Program-made: the position numbers and the translations under genes | NCBI RefSeq assembly: GCF_006345805.1 | Contig: NC_043004.1 | Location: forward strand, 76,508,001-76,572,000 | Length of the DNA: 64,000 bases | Source: Octopus sinensis | Taxonomy: Eukaryota | Direction: 5' to 3' | Shown: piece by piece, positions 22,581 to 38,580 of the stretch | How the letters are laid out: each line of letters opens with the position of its first letter | Numbering within the stretch: position 1 is the first letter of the stretch | The notes under the pieces: generated by a model | What the model was told of the DNA's origin: nothing | What the model saw: the letters and a program-made list of their open reading frames with translations, nothing else | The model's database searches: none

Positions 22581-22967
22581 CCCAAGAAGGAAGGTATGCA
22601 CAGGTGGACTGATTACGTCCCAGGTAGGGGCCACGGGTTATGGCCTCACTAGATGAAATGAGGTACTCAGATATTCGGATGGTTTTATATTTACAGATAT
22701 TTATTTGTATGTTACATGTTTTTATACATCATATAACTTAGATCATGTATTAGCACCTTCTTCCATTCTAGTGAGATTTTCAAATCAACCAAGTTCCTGT
22801 GTAAAAAGTTTTGACCATTTTATAGTGTTATTGAGTGTGTAGTGGTGGGGAGGGATATAAGACAGTACAAGAGGGTGATGGATGAGAAGAAAGTGAGAGA
22901 GAGAGAGCATGTGTGTGTGTGTGCGTGTGTGTATATATATATAATATATGTATATATGTAATATATA

Positions 22968-23006
<39 letters not shown>

Positions 23007-23339
23007 CACGTGTGACCGACCAGGCTATCAGATGTTGCTACACATTGCTGGTCACAATGCGCTTCTCATTGCTTTAGCCTTCAAATGATGCCACACCACT
23101 GGTCAAGCGAGCAGGCCAACAGAAGAAAGAGTGAGAGAAAGTTGTGGCAAAAGAGTACAGCAGGGATCACACCATCCCCTGCCGGAGCCTCGTGGAGCTT
23201 TTAGGTGTTTTCACTCAATAAACACTCACAACACCCGGTCTGGGAATCGACCCTCGGGGAAGGAGGGGGGGTTAACAGAGGATCTTGCCTCTCACAATTT
23301 AGAAACATTTCTCAATGGCATCAGCGGAAAAAATGAAAA

Positions 23340-23500
23340 AGGTGTTGCCCTGGAGGATAGCAAAAGAGACATGCTGGAACAGCCACTCTAGCTCACGGTG
23401 CTCACACTTGCGCACAATAATCTCCACCCCGATTGCAGGGAGCAGGGATAAGGTCCAGAGGCCAAGAATGCTAGAGGTATCAACTGTCACAGACTTGGCC
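23340..23500 (-). mobile_element. C-terminal fragment resembling CRE-like (restriction-like endonuclease) non-LTR ORF
   Basis: SVTVDTSSILG...LLPAIG...RELEWLFQHVSFAILQGN resembles the PVAVETxGxxG...FQRLSxAIQRGN terminus that I recall for these elements. Confidence 0.55.
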
Positions 23501-23619
23501 ATAAATCTATCAAAAAGTGACCAATACCTTGATAAAATTTCCTTGTTAAATTTTATGAGTACTAAATTAGTTATACTTCCATGATACAGAAAGAATTCTA
23601 ATAATTTTTTTATATACAA

Positions 23620-23825
23620 TTTACTCATTTACTTGTTTCAGTCATTTGACTGTGGCCATGCTGGAGCACCGCCTTTAGCCGAGCAAATCGACCCCACGAC
23701 TTTGTAAGCATAGCACTTATTCTATCAGTCGCTTTTGCCGAACCACTAAGTTACGGGGACGTAAACACACCAGCATCGGTTGTCAAGCGATGTTGGCGGA
23801 CAAACACAAACACTAAACACACACG

Positions 23826-23893
<68 letters not shown>

Positions 23894-24055
23894 TACGACG
23901 GGCTTCTTTCAGTTTCCATCTACCAAATCCGCTTACAAGGCTTTGGTCGGCCCGAGGCTATAGTAGAAGACACTTGCCCAAGCTGCCATGTAGTGGGACT
24001 GAGCCCGGAACCATGTGGCTGGTAAGCAAGCTACTTACCACACAGCCACTCCTGC
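23620..24055 (-). mobile_element. SINE family A, near full length
   Basis: Reverse complement of the 2993-3600 family, with an internal CA/TA microsatellite. Confidence 0.9.
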
Positions 24056-26199
24056 GCCTATTCCAAATAATATTTAATTTAATAGGATTTTTTAAAACAT
24101 GGGCCCTAGTAGAGTTGAAGGATTTATTTTTTTTTTTTTCATTTGCAAAATATGCATTTGTTAAAAGACAGTAAAAAATCTGAAAATTGGCTATAATAAT
24201 AAAGTTTCCCAGTCTAATTGCTATGAAGGTATGGTGTTGGGGAGAACAAAATTGAAAGAAAAAGTTACAGAGGTTTAAAAATCAAAAAATTGTGTATTTT
24301 TAGCCAATAGCGAGATGTATTCTCTTCACCTTCAAAATGTCAAGAAACTGTATAAACATCACAAACAACTTCTGCTATTTATGAAATATGTAGAATATTA
24401 AGACAATTGACGAAAAATATCTATAATAAAATTCTAATTGATAAATATAAACATTTATTAAAACAAAACACGTGGGTGAAGTAAATCTTGTAGTGTGAAG
24501 AATCAACACAACAATTGGGTGAAAAACAACACATCATGCAGTTGTCATGGTAACAAGCTGTTAATGCATCACTGTCTGTTGATTGGCTAAAATTACCCAA
24601 ATTTCCCAACTTTAATTACAAAGTAATTGGTTGATCATAATCAAAATTCAGAGTTGCATTGATACACCAAAATTGAAAGCAATCTGAGCAAAATTAAAGG
24701 GGGCTCATTTTGTGAATGAAAAAAGCTAAATCTGAGTTGAACAGGAACCAGTGGGGTCCAAAGGTAAACAATGGTTGGGAATCACTGGTTTAGAAGAACA
24801 AATTGACACCCTGTACTTTTTTTGTTTGTTTTGTTTTAAAGACTGGAGCTTATTCCCTCAATTTCTTTTGCCAAATGCAGAAGAAAACAAACCAGTAGGG
24901 ATTGTCATGTAAAGGTGGGAAACACAAAGATGCACACATATGTGTGTAGTTGTGTGCATGCGTGTGGTTGTATGTGTGTGTGTGTGTGTGTGTGTATGCA
25001 TGTGTATTCCCAGGGGATGGGGAAATATTTTTAAAAGCAGCATTTTGTTGTAGATTTTGGCTACAATAACTAATATATTAGTCCCTAGATATTGTTTAGC
25101 ATATCCAAGATTTCCTGTCTTTGGGACTGATACAAGCCTATTTATATCTAATATGAGGGACTACCATCATGTGTGTGTGCGTGCGTGTGTGTATGTGTGT
25201 GTGAAAGTGATTTTTAGGCTGAGTATAAAGGAAAATAAAGTTGACAGCAAACTGGATCGTTTCACGTTAAGCATTTTATATCTTGAAATCCAAATACTTC
25301 CAGTGTCATTTGTACATTGAAGGATTATGAAATATCTGTTAATGAAATGAGGCGACATCTCGTGATAAGCGACGGACCCGGTGCAAATAGGGTCAGGGGG
25401 TTAGATCTGCCGATTGAAATTCATTTAGAAAAAGCAAGTATAGAACGCATCAAAAATAGCACTATATTTCTATTAAAGCACCCCTCTATATCATGATATT
25501 GCTATTAGTAATGCCCAGCGGCAGAACTAAGCTCTGTCAGAAGACACTCTCCATTCGAGTTGCTGGGAATATCTCTAATACAATAGAAAAAAGTTCCTGT
25601 CCATCAAATTCACTCACAAAGCATTGGTCAACCTAGAGCTATGATAGAAAACTCTTGCCCATAGTGCCACACAGAGGGATTGAACTGAAAACCACATGGT
25701 TGCAGAGCAACCTTCTTAACCACACAGCAATGCCTGCACCTATTCTTTAAATAATCATGTAAGACATGGTTGGAATGCTTTTGATTAAAAATCTGCTCAG
25801 TCTCTAATGGCCTGCCTAGGGCTAAACAACAACATCCAGGTAACATAATTCAATAACCGCCACCAATATCTATCCAATTAGTAGCCAAGCACTCCCTCAA
25901 ACCACGCTTTTCCAATTTTGAAAATAGACATATTGGGTGTAGTCCTGAATTCCCAGCACAGAGAGAAAAAAAGGCAGGATGGTCACAGGTAGAAAGCTTT
26001 TGGTCTGCTCAATCAGGACCACCTGTGGTTAAACAACAACAAGATCTTCCTTATCACCTCACCACCATCTCCTGCAGCCCCACCCTGCACTACACTTCCA
26101 CCACATCTCAGATGCAAAGAGGGTTAGGGGTGGCTCCCATCAATTCTTAGCATCCAACCACACCCAGCATTGTTCCCATCTCCAAATATTACCTTTACC

Positions 26200-29100
26200 G
26201 CCACCACCGCTACCACCACCAAAGCCACCACCATCGCCACAAACCTCACCACCAAAGCCACCACTACGACCACTGCCACCACCATCGCCACAAACCGCAC
26301 CACCAAAGCCACCACTACGACCACTGCCACCACCATCGCCACAAACCTCACCACCAAAGCCATCACTACGACCACTGCCACCACCATCGCCACAAACCTC
26401 ACCACCAAAGCCACCACTACGACCACTGCCACCACCATCGCCACAAACCTCACCACCAAAGCCACCACTACGACCACTGCCACCACCATCGCCACAAACC
26501 TCACCACCAAAGCCACCACTACGACCACTGCCACCACCATCGCCGCAAACCTCACCACCAAAGCCACCACTACGACCACTGCCACCACCATCGCCGCAAA
26601 CCTCACCACCAAAGCCACCACTACGACCACTGCCACCACCATCGCCACAAACCTCACCACCAAAGCCACCACTACGACCACTGCCACCACCATCGCCACA
26701 ACCTCACCACCAAAGCCACCACTACGACCACTGCCACCACCATCGCCGCAAACCTCACCACCAAAGCCACCACTACGACCACTGCCACCACCATCGCCGC
26801 AAACCTCACCACCAAAGCCACCACTACGACCACTGCCACCACCATCGCCACAAACCTCACCACCAAAGCCACCACTACGACCACTGCCACCACCATCGCC
26901 ACAAACCTCACCACCAAAGCCACCACTACGACCACTGCCACCACCATCGCCGCAAACCTCACCACCAAAGCCACCACTACGACCACTGCCACCACCATCG
27001 CCACAAACCTCACCACCACTGCCACCACTACGACCACTGCCACCACCATCGCCACAAACCTCACCACCAAAGCCACCACTACGACCACTGCCACCACCAT
27101 CGCCACAAACCCTCACCACCAAAAAGCCACCACTACGACCACTGTCACCACCATCGCCACAAACCTCACCACCAAAGCCACCACTACGACCACTGCCACC
27201 ACCATCGCCACAACCTCACCACCAAAGCCACCACTACGACCACTGCCACCACCATCGCCACCAAACCTCACCACCAAAGCCACCACTACGACCACTGCCA
27301 CCAACATCGCCACAAACCTCACCACCAAAGCCACCACTAACGACCACTGCCACCACCATCGCCACAACCTCACCACCAAAGCCACCACTACGACCACTGC
27401 CACCACCATCGCCACAAACCTCAACCACCCCCCACCACACTACGACCACTGCCACCACCATCGCCACAAACCTCACCACCAAAGCCACCACTACGACCAC
27501 TGCCACCACCATCGCCACAAACCTCACCACCAAAGCCACCACTACGACCACTGCCACCACCATCATCGCCAACAACCTCACCCCCCAAAGCCACCACTAC
27601 GACCACTGCCACCACCATCGCCACAAACCTCACCACCAAAGCCACCACTACGACCACTGCCACCACACCATCGCCACAAACCTCACCACCAAAGCCACCA
27701 CTACGACCACTGCTGCAACCACCATCGCCACAAACCTCACCACCAAAGCCACCACTACGACCACTGCCACCACCATCGCCACAAACCTCACCACCAAAGC
27801 CACCACTACGACCACTGCCACCACCATCGCCACAAACCTCACCACCAAAGCCACCACTACGACCACTGCCCCCCACCATCGCCACAACCTCACCACCAAA
27901 GCCACACCACTACGACCACTGCCACCACCAACGCCACAAACCTCACCACCAAAGCACCACTACGACCACTGCCACCACCATCGCCACAAACCTCACCACC
28001 AAAGCCACCACTACGACCACTGCCACCACCATCGCCACAAACCTCACCACCAAAGCCACCACTACGACTACTACTTGCCACACCATCGCCACAACCTCAC
28101 CACCAAAGCCACCACTACGACCACTGCCACCACCATCGCCACAAACCTCCCACCAAAGCCACCACTACGACCACTGCCACCACCATCGCCACAAACCTCA
28201 CCACCAAAGCCACCACTACGACCACTGCCAACCACCATCGCCACAAACCTCACCACCAAAGCCACCACTACGACCACTGCCACCACCATCGCCACAAAAC
28301 CTCTCACCACCAAAGCCACCACTACGACCACTGCCACCACCCATCCCCACAAACCTCACCACCAAAGCCACCACTACGACCACTGCCACCACCATCGCCA
28401 CAAAACCTCACCACCGAAGCCACCACTACGACCACTGCCACCACCATCGCCACAAACCCACCACCAAAGCCACCACTACGACCACTGCCACCACCATCGC
28501 CACAAACCTCACCACCAAAGCCACCACTACGACCACTGCCACCACCATCGCCACAAACCTCACCACCAAAGCCACCACTAACGACCACTGCCACCACCAT
28601 CACCACAAACCTCACCACCAAGCCAACCACTACGACCACTGCCACCACCATCGCCACAAACCTCACCACCAAAGCCACCACTACGACCACTGCCACCACC
28701 ATTGCCACAAACCTCACCACCAAAGCCACCACTAACGACCACTGCCACCACCATCGCCACAAACCTCACCACCAAAGCCACCACTACGACCCCTGCCACC
28801 ACCATCATCGCCACAAACCTCACCACCAAAGCCACCCTACGACCACTGCCACCACCATCGCCACAAACCTCACCACCAAAGCCACCACTACGACCACTGC
28901 CACCACCATCGCCACAAACCTCACCACAAAGCCACCACTACGACCACTGCCACCACCATCGCCACAAACCTCACCACCAAAGCCACCACTACACCACTGC
29001 CACCACATCGCCACAAACCTCACCACCAAAGCCACCACTACGACCACTGCCACCACCATCGCCGCAACCTCACCACCAAAGCCACCACAACGACCACTGC

Positions 29101-32100
29101 CACCCACCATCGCCGCAAACCTCACCACCAAAGCCACCACTACGACCACTGCCACCACCATCGCCGCAAAAACCTCACCACCAAAGCCACCACTACGACC
29201 ACTGCCACCACCATCGCCACAAACCTCACCACCAAAGCACCCTACGACCACTGCCACCACCATCGCCACAAACCCACCACCAAAGCCACCACTACGACCA
29301 CTGCCACCACCATCGCCACAAAACTCACCACCAAGCCACCACTACGACCACTGCCACCACCATCGCCACAAACCTCACCACCAAAGCCACCACTACGACC
29401 ACTGCCACCACCATCCCCACAAACCTCACCACCAAAGCCCACTACGACCACTGCCACCACCATCGCCACAAACCTCACCACCAAAGCCACCACTACGACC
29501 ACTGCCACCACCATCGCCACAACCTCTCACCAACCAGACCACCACTACGACAACTGCCACCACCATCGCCACAAACCTCACCACCAAAGCCACCACTACG
29601 ACCACTGCCACCACCATCCCCACAAACCTCACCACCAAAGCCACCACTACGACCACTGCCACCACCATCTCCACAAACCTCCCCACCAAAGCCACACTAA
29701 CCACCCACTCCCACCACCATCGCCACAAACCTCACCACCAATCCACCCCTACGACCACTGCCACCACCATCGCCACAAACCTCACCACCAAAGCCACCAC
29801 TACGACCACTGCCACCACCATCGCCCCACAAACCTCACCACCCAAAGCCACCACTACGACCACTGCCACCACCATCGCGCAAACTCACCACCAAAGCCAC
29901 CACTACGACCACTGCCACCACCATCGCCACAAACCTCACCACAAACCACAACCCACCACTACGACCACTGCCACCACCATCGCCACAAACCTCACCACCA
30001 AAGCCACCACTACGACCACTGCCACCACCATCGCCACAACCTCACCACCAAAGCCACCACTACGACCACTGCCACCACCATCGCCACAAACCTCACCACC
30101 AAAGCCACCACTACTACGACCACTGCCACCACCATCGCCACAAACCTCACCACCAAAGCCACCACTACGACCACTGCCACCACCATCGCCACAAACTCAC
30201 CACCAAAGCCACCACTACGACCACTGCCACCACCATCGCCACAACCTCACCACCAAGCCACCACTACGACCACTGCCACCACCATCGCCCACAAACCTCA
30301 CCACCAAATCCACCACTACGACCACTGCCACCACCATCGCCACAAACCTCACCACCAAAGCCACCACTACGACCACTGCCACCACCATCGCCACAAACCT
30401 CACCACCAAAGCCACCACTACGACCACTGCCACCCCATCGCCACACAACCTCACCACCAAAGCCACCACTACGACCAACTGCCACCACCATCGCCGCAAA
30501 CCTCACCACCAAGCCACCACTACGACCACTGCACCACCATGCCATCCCACACAACATCCACCACACCACCAAAGCCACCCACTACTTCACACCAATGCCA
30601 CACAAACCAAAAACCACAAAGACCACTTCACCACCAAATCCTCAATCACTGACACACATTACCACCACTCACCAATTCAGCTGAAACATCACCCCAAATA
30701 CCACCTAACCACCACCACACCATGTCCCCAAATCAAACCAAATCCCACCAACCACTGCCACCATAAACCACAAACTCACCACCACAACCACCACCACTAA
30801 CCCACCACCATCGCCACTCACCATCACCACAAAACCCAACAATGCACCAATTCCAAACCTCCCACCACCATCCACCAACACAAACACAACTCATCCCACA
30901 CACTAACCACTGCCAACACACCATTCCACAAACCAACCTCACCACCCAATCACCACCACTCAAAAAATCACCACCAAACACCACACAACCACTCAATGCC
31001 ACACCATCGCCCACCAACTCACCAAAAGACTCCACCACCACAATTGCCCACCGCACCACCGACCTCACCAACCAAAGCTCCACCACTCCACCACCCACCC
31101 ACAAAGCCACCATAAACACCCACTTCACAGCACCATCTGCCAACACCACCCACCACAGCCCAAACACTCACCACAAACTCACCATCACCACCATGCCACC
31201 ACACCACCATCAAACCACCACCAAAGCAACACCAACCCACCACACTTACCACCACACACCACCACTCACCACCTACACTCACCAAACCCACCAACTTCAC
31301 CACCATCACCACCAACCTCACCACCACAGCACCACAATGCCCAACATCAACAAACCCACACACAATCCACCACCATCCCAACCAGTCCACAATACCACAT
31401 CACCACTCACCACCATCGCCGCAAACCTCACCACCAAAGCCCACCACTACGACCACTGCCACCACCATCGCCACAAACCTCACCACCAAAGCCACCACTA
31501 CGACCACTGCCACCACCATCTCCCCACACCACCACCACCAAAGCCACCACTACTACGACCACTGCCACCACCATCGCCACAACCTCACCCAAGCCACCAT
31601 ACACCACTACTGCACCACCATCACCACGCCACAACCTCACCACCAAAGCCACCACTACTACCACCATCCACCACCATCGCCGAAAACTCACCACAAACCA
31701 AACCCACCAACGCCACCACCACCAACCTCACCACCAAGCCACCACTACGACCACTGCCACCACCATCGCCACAAACCTCACCACCAAAGCCACCACTACG
31801 ACCACTGCCACCACCATCGCCACAAACCTCACCACCAAAGCCACCACTACGACCACTGCCACCACCATCGCCACAAACCTCACCACCAAAGCCACCACTA
31901 CGACCACTGCCACCCACATCGCCGCAAACCTCACCACCAAAGCCACCACTACGACCACTGCACCACCATCGCCGCAAACCTCACCACCAAACCACCACTA
32001 CGACCACTGCCACCACCATCGCCACAAACCTCACCACCAAAGCCACCACTACGACCACTGCCACCACCATCGCCACAAACCTCACCACCACTGCCACCAC

Positions 32101-35100
32101 TACGACCACTGCCACCACTACGACCACTGCCACCACCATCGCCACAAACCTCACCACCAAAGCCACCACTACGACCACTGCCACCACCATCGCCACAAAC
32201 CTCACCACCAAAGCCACCACTACGACCACTGCCACCACCATCGCCACAAACCTCACCACCAAAGCCACCACTACGACCACTGCCACCACCATCGCCACAA
32301 ACCTCACCACCAAAGCCACCACTAACCACTGCACCACTCACTGCCACCACCACACGCCACAAACCTCACCACCAAAGCCACCACTACGACCACTGCCACC
32401 CAATCGACCATCCCACAAACTCACCACAAACCAAGCCAACCACCACTACGACCACCTGCCACCACCATCGCCACAAACCTCACCACCAAAGCCCCCACCA
32501 TACGACCACGCCACCACACCAGCCACAACCCATGCCACAAAGGCCACCAAACCTCAACCACCAAAGCCACCACTACGACCACTGCCACCACCATCGCCAA
32601 CAAACTCACCACCAAACCACCACTACGACCACTGCCACCACCATCGCCACAAACCTCACCACCAAAGCCACCACTACGACCACTGCCACCCCATCGCACA
32701 AACCTCACCACCAAAGACCACCAACCTCACCACAAAGCCCCACCACTACGACATGCCACCACCAAATCAACCACAAACACTGCCACACCACACCAAAGCC
32801 ACCACTACGAACAAACCACACCAAAGCCACCACTAAAGACCACGCCACGCCCAACGCCACAACCTCACCACCAAAGCCACCACTACGACCACTGCCACCA
32901 CCATCGCCACAAACCTCACCACCAAAGCCACCACCACTACGACCACTGCCACCACCATCGCCACAAACCTCACCACCAAGCCACCACTACGACCACTGCC
33001 ACCAGACCATCGCCACAAACCTCACCACCAAAGCCACCACTACGACCACTGCCACCACCATCGCCACAACCCTCACCACCAAAGCCACCACTACGACCAC
33101 TGCCACCACCATCGCCACAAACCTCACCACCAAAGCCACCACTACGACCACTGCCACCACCATCGCCACAAACCTCACCACCAAAGCCACCACTACGACC
33201 ACTTGCCACCACCATCGCCACAAACCTCACCACCAAAGCCACCACTACGACCACTGCCACCACCATCGCCCCACAAACCTCACCACCAAAGCCACCACTA
33301 CGACCACTGCCACCACCATCGCCGCAAAACTCACCACCAAAGCCACACTACGACCACTGCCACCACCATCGCCACAAACCTCACCACCAAAGCCACCACT
33401 ACGACCACTGGCCACCACCATCGCCACAAACCTCACCACCAAAGCCACCACTACGACCACTGCCCACCACCATCGCCACAAACCTCACCACCACCAAAGC
33501 CACCACTACTACGACCACTGCCACCACCATCGCCACAAACCTCACCACCAAAGCCACCACTACGACCACTGCCCCACCATACGCGCCACAACCTCACCAC
33601 CAAGCCACCACTACGACACTGCCACCACCATCGCCACAAACCTCACCACCAAAGCCACCACTACGACCACTGCCACCACCATCGCCACAAACCTCACCAC
33701 CAAAACCAATCACCCACCAAGACAAACCTCACCACCAAAGCCACCACTACGACCACTGCCACCACCATCGCCACAAACCTCACCTCACCACCAAAGCCAC
33801 CACTACGACCACTGCCACCACCATCGCCACAAACCTCACCACAAAACCTCACCACTAACCAAGAACCAAGACCACCACCAGGACCTACAAATCAGCCACA
33901 AAACCACCACTAACTGCACCACACCACCAAACCATGAACAAACCACCAAAAACCACGCGAAACTCCACCACTGCGACCACAATGCCACCCAACACCAAAA
34001 GCCACCACACAGACCCGCACCACCACAAACGCACCAAAAGCCACCACTTTCACCACATTACCACTGCCACCACCATCAGAAAAATGCCACAAAACCTCAC
34101 CACCAGCCCAACAAAACCCACAGACCACCATGACGACCACTGACCACTCCCAAACCAATCACCACAAAACATGACCCATGCCAAACCTGCCACCAACCAC
34201 TGCACCAAGCACCACCCACCACCACCATTCCACAAACCTCACCACCAAAGCCACCACTACGACCACTGCCACCACCATCGCACAAACCTCACCACCAAAG
34301 CCACCACTACGACCACTGCCACCACCATCGCCACAAACCTCACCACCAAGCCACCACTACGACCACTGCCACCACCATCGCCACAAACCTCCCACCACAA
34401 GCCACCACTACGACCACTGCCACCACCATCGCCACAAACCTCACCACCAAAGCCACCACTACGACCACTGCCACCACCATCGCCACAAACCTCACCACCA
34501 AAGCCACCACTACGACCACTGCCACACCATCGCCACAAACCTCACCACCAAAGCCACCACTACGACCACTGCCACCACCATCGCCACAAACCTCACCACC
34601 AAAGCCACCACTACGACCACTGCCACCACCATCGCCACAAACCTCACCACCAAAGCCACCACTACGACCACTGCCACCACCATCGCCACAAACCTCACCA
34701 CCAAAGCCACACTACGACCACTGCCACCACCATCGCCACAAACCTCACCACCACCAAGCCACCACTACGACCACTGCCACCACCATCGCCACAACCTCAC
34801 CACCAAAGCCACCACTACTACGACCACTGCCACCACCATCGCCACACAAACCTCACCACCAAAGCCACCACTACGACCACTGCCACCACCATCGCCACAA
34901 ACCTCACCACCAAGCCACCACTACGACCACTGCCACCACCATCGCCACAAACCTCACCACCAAAGCCACCACTACGACCACTGCCACCACCATCGCCAAC
35001 AAAAGCCAACACCAAAAGCCACCACTTACGACCACTGCCAAAAACCAAAACACACATCGCCACAAACCTCACCACCAGACGCACCACTAAAGCGACCACT

Positions 35101-37112
35101 AAGACCACCAACCATCGCCACAAACCTCACCACCAAGCCACCACTAACGACCACTGCCAACCACCATCGCCCACAGACCTCACCACCAAAGCCACCACTA
35201 CGACCACTGCACCACCACATCGCCACAAACCACTCACCACCAAAGCCACCACTACGACCACTGCCACCACCATCGCCACAAACCTCACCACCAAAGCCAC
35301 CACTACGACCACTGCCACCACCACCGCCGCCACAAACCTCACCACCAAGCCACCACTACGACCACTGCCACCACCATCGCCACAAACCCACCACCAAAGC
35401 CACCACTACGACCACTGCCACCACCATCGCCACAAACCTCACCACCAAAGCCACCACACTTACTACACACTGCCACCAATGACACCATCAAGCCGCAAAC
35501 CTCACCACCAAAGCCACCACTACGACCACTGCCCACCACCACCATCGCCACAAAACCCCACCACCAAGCCACCACTACGACCACTGCCACCACCATCGCC
35601 ACAAACCTCACCACCAAAGCCACCACTACGACCACTGCCACCACCATCGCCACAAACCTCACCACCAAAGCCACCACTACGACACACTGCCACCACCATC
35701 GCCACAAAACCTCACCACCAAAGCCACCACTACGACCACTGCCACCCACCAATCGCCACAAACCTCACCACCAAAGCCACCACTACGACCACTGCCACCA
35801 CCATCGCCACAAACCTCACCACCAAAGCCACCACTACGACCACTTGCCACCACCATCGCCACAAACCTCACCACCAAAGCCACCACTACGACCACTGCCC
35901 CACCCATCGCCACAAACCTCACCACCAAAGCCACCACTACGACCACTGCCACCACCATCGCCACAAACCTCACCACCAAAGCCACCACTACGACCACTGC
36001 CACCACCATCGCCACAAACCTCACCACCAAAGCCACCACTACGACCACTGCCACCACCATCGCCACAAACCTCACCACCAAAGCCACCACTACGACCACT
36101 GCCACCACCATCGCCACAAACCTCACCACCAAAGCCACCACTACGACCACTGCCACACCATCGCCACAAACCTCACCACCAAAGCCACCACTACGACCAC
36201 TGCCCACACACCATCGCCACAAACCTCACCACCAAAGCCACCACTACGACCACTGCCACCACCATCGCCACAAACCTCACCACCAAAGCCACCACTACGA
36301 CCACTCCCACCACCATCGCCACAAACCTCACCACCAAAGCCACCACTACGACCACTGCCACCACCATCGCCACAAACCTCACCACCAAAGCCACCACTAC
36401 GACCACTGCCACCACCATCGCCACAAACCTCACCACCAAAGCCACCACTACGACCACTGCCACCACCATCGCCACAAACCTCACCACCAAAGCCACCACT
36501 ACGACCACTGCCACCACCAAAGCCACAAAACCTCACCACCAAAGCCACCACTACGACCACTGCCACCACCATCGCCACAAACCTCACCACCAAGCCACCA
36601 CTACGACCACTGCCACCACCATTCCACAAACCTCACCACCAAAGCCACCACTACTACCACTACTGCCACCACCATCGCCACAAACCTCAACCCCAAAGCC
36701 ACCACTACGACCCACTGCCAACCACCATCGCCACAAACCTCACCACCAAAGCCACCACTACGACCACTGCCACCACCATCGCCACAAACCTCACCACCAA
36801 AGCCACCACTACGACCATGCCACACCATCGCCACAAACCTCACCACCAAAGCCACCACTACGACCACTGCCACCACCATCGCCACAACCTCACCACCAAA
36901 GCCACCACTACGACTACCACTGCCACCACCATCGCCACAAACCTCACCACCAAAGCCACCACTACGACCACTGCCACCACCATCGCCACAAACCTCACCA
37001 CCAAAGCCACCACTACGACCACTGCCACCACCATCGCCACAAACCTCACCACCAAAGCCACCACTACGACCACTGCCACCACCATCGCCACAAACCTCAC
37101 CACCAAAGCCAC
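26200..37112. repeat. ~10.9-kb minisatellite of a 51-bp unit (caccaccaaagccaccactacgaccactgccaccaccatcgccacaaacct), roughly 200 units, with noisy internal stretches
   Basis: Unit read directly. Clean at both ends; degraded at ~30520-31450, 32330-32850 and 33840-34260. Confidence 0.97.
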
Positions 37113-37189
37113 ACCTTTCCATCCATGCAATACAGAGAAAAAAACCTACACTTTCATTTGCAATTCACTGCTTCCACCCAAAAGGTCAC

Positions 37190-37232
37190 CTCCACCACCA
37201 CCACCACCATCATTATCATTATCATCACTATA

Positions 37233-37289
<57 letters not shown>

Positions 37290-37341
37290 ATTACCACCAC
37301 CACCACCACCACTACCACCATCATTATCATCACTATCATCA

Positions 37342-37372
<31 letters not shown>

Positions 37373-37997
37373 GCTACTGCTGCTATTACCACCACCACCA
37401 CCACCACCACCACTACCACCATCATTAACATCACTATCATCACTATCATCATAATAGCTACTACTACTACTACCACCATTACCATCCTCTTCTCCCCATC
37501 ACAAACACTTACCACCACCACCACCAACCACCACTATCATCATCATCATCAGAAGCACAATCCTCACCACCACAATTATTAACCCCCTTCCTAGAAACCC
37601 TGACCACTGTTACTACCACCCTCCTCCCTCCCTCCCTCCCTCCCTCCATCATTACTCATTGTGGTTCAAGAGACCCCCCCTCCTCCTTGCATGACCCTGG
37701 AGAAATTGAAAACATTCTTGAAAGAATTAGGACTGGGATCTTGCTGAGAAGTTTATTGTTGACAAAGGAGTTAGGGGAGCAACCTTCACTCTTTCACTCC
37801 CTCTTTCTCTCTCACTCTCTCTCTCACACACTCTCTCTTTCTCTCTCTCTCCTTCTCTCTCACTGACATACATATATGCACTCATTATTCTTATTCTCTC
37901 ACTCTCTGCTTGTCTTTCTGTCTGTCTATCTGTTTGCCAGCTTATCTCTCTATCTATCTCTACCTGTCTCTATCTATCTATCTATCTATCTGTCTGC

Positions 37998-38031
<34 letters not shown>

Positions 38032-38034
38032 GCC

Positions 38035-38071
<37 letters not shown>

Positions 38072-38111
38072 GTCTGTCTGTCCGTCCGTCCGTCCGTCCG
38101 TCCGTCCGTCC

Positions 38112-38151
<40 letters not shown>

Positions 38152-38580
38152 GTCTGTCTATCTATGTGTCTGTCTATCTATCTATCTGTCTGTCTATCTA
38201 TGTGTCTGTCTATGTGTCTATCTGTCTGTCTATCTATGTGTCTGTCTATGTGTCTATCTGTCTGTCTATCTATTGTCTGTCTATCTATGTGTCTGTCTAT
38301 CTATGTGTCTGTCTATCTATCTATCTGTCTGTCTGTCTGTCTATCTGTCTGTCTATCTATGTGTCTGTCTATGTGTCTATCTGTCTGTCTATCTATGTGT
38401 CTGTCTATGTGTCTATCTGTCTGTCTATCTATGTGTCTGTCTATGTGTCTATCTGTCTGTCTATCTATGTGTCTGTCTATGTGTCTATCTGTCTGTCTAT
38501 CTATGTGTCTGTCTATGTGTCTATCTGTCTCTCTGTGTGTCTCTGAGTGTCTATCTGTCTGTCTGTCTGTCTCCTTTCAT
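37190..38580. repeat. Compound trinucleotide run (CAC/CAT/ACT/GCT) and (CT)n plus (CTAT/CTGT/CCGT)n tetranucleotide tract
   Basis: Direct inspection; 37560-37800 is non-repetitive spacer. Confidence 0.9.

Noticed and set aside
24180-24790. Possible hAT-type MITE (ggttgggaatcactg end at ~24775-24788)
   Set aside because: Only one TIR-like end found, with no partner TIR or 8-bp TSD.
26124-37454. Long ORFs (up to 1020 aa) across the 51-bp array
   Set aside because: The unit has no stops in five of six frames. ORF boundaries follow indel noise, so they are not evidence of genes.
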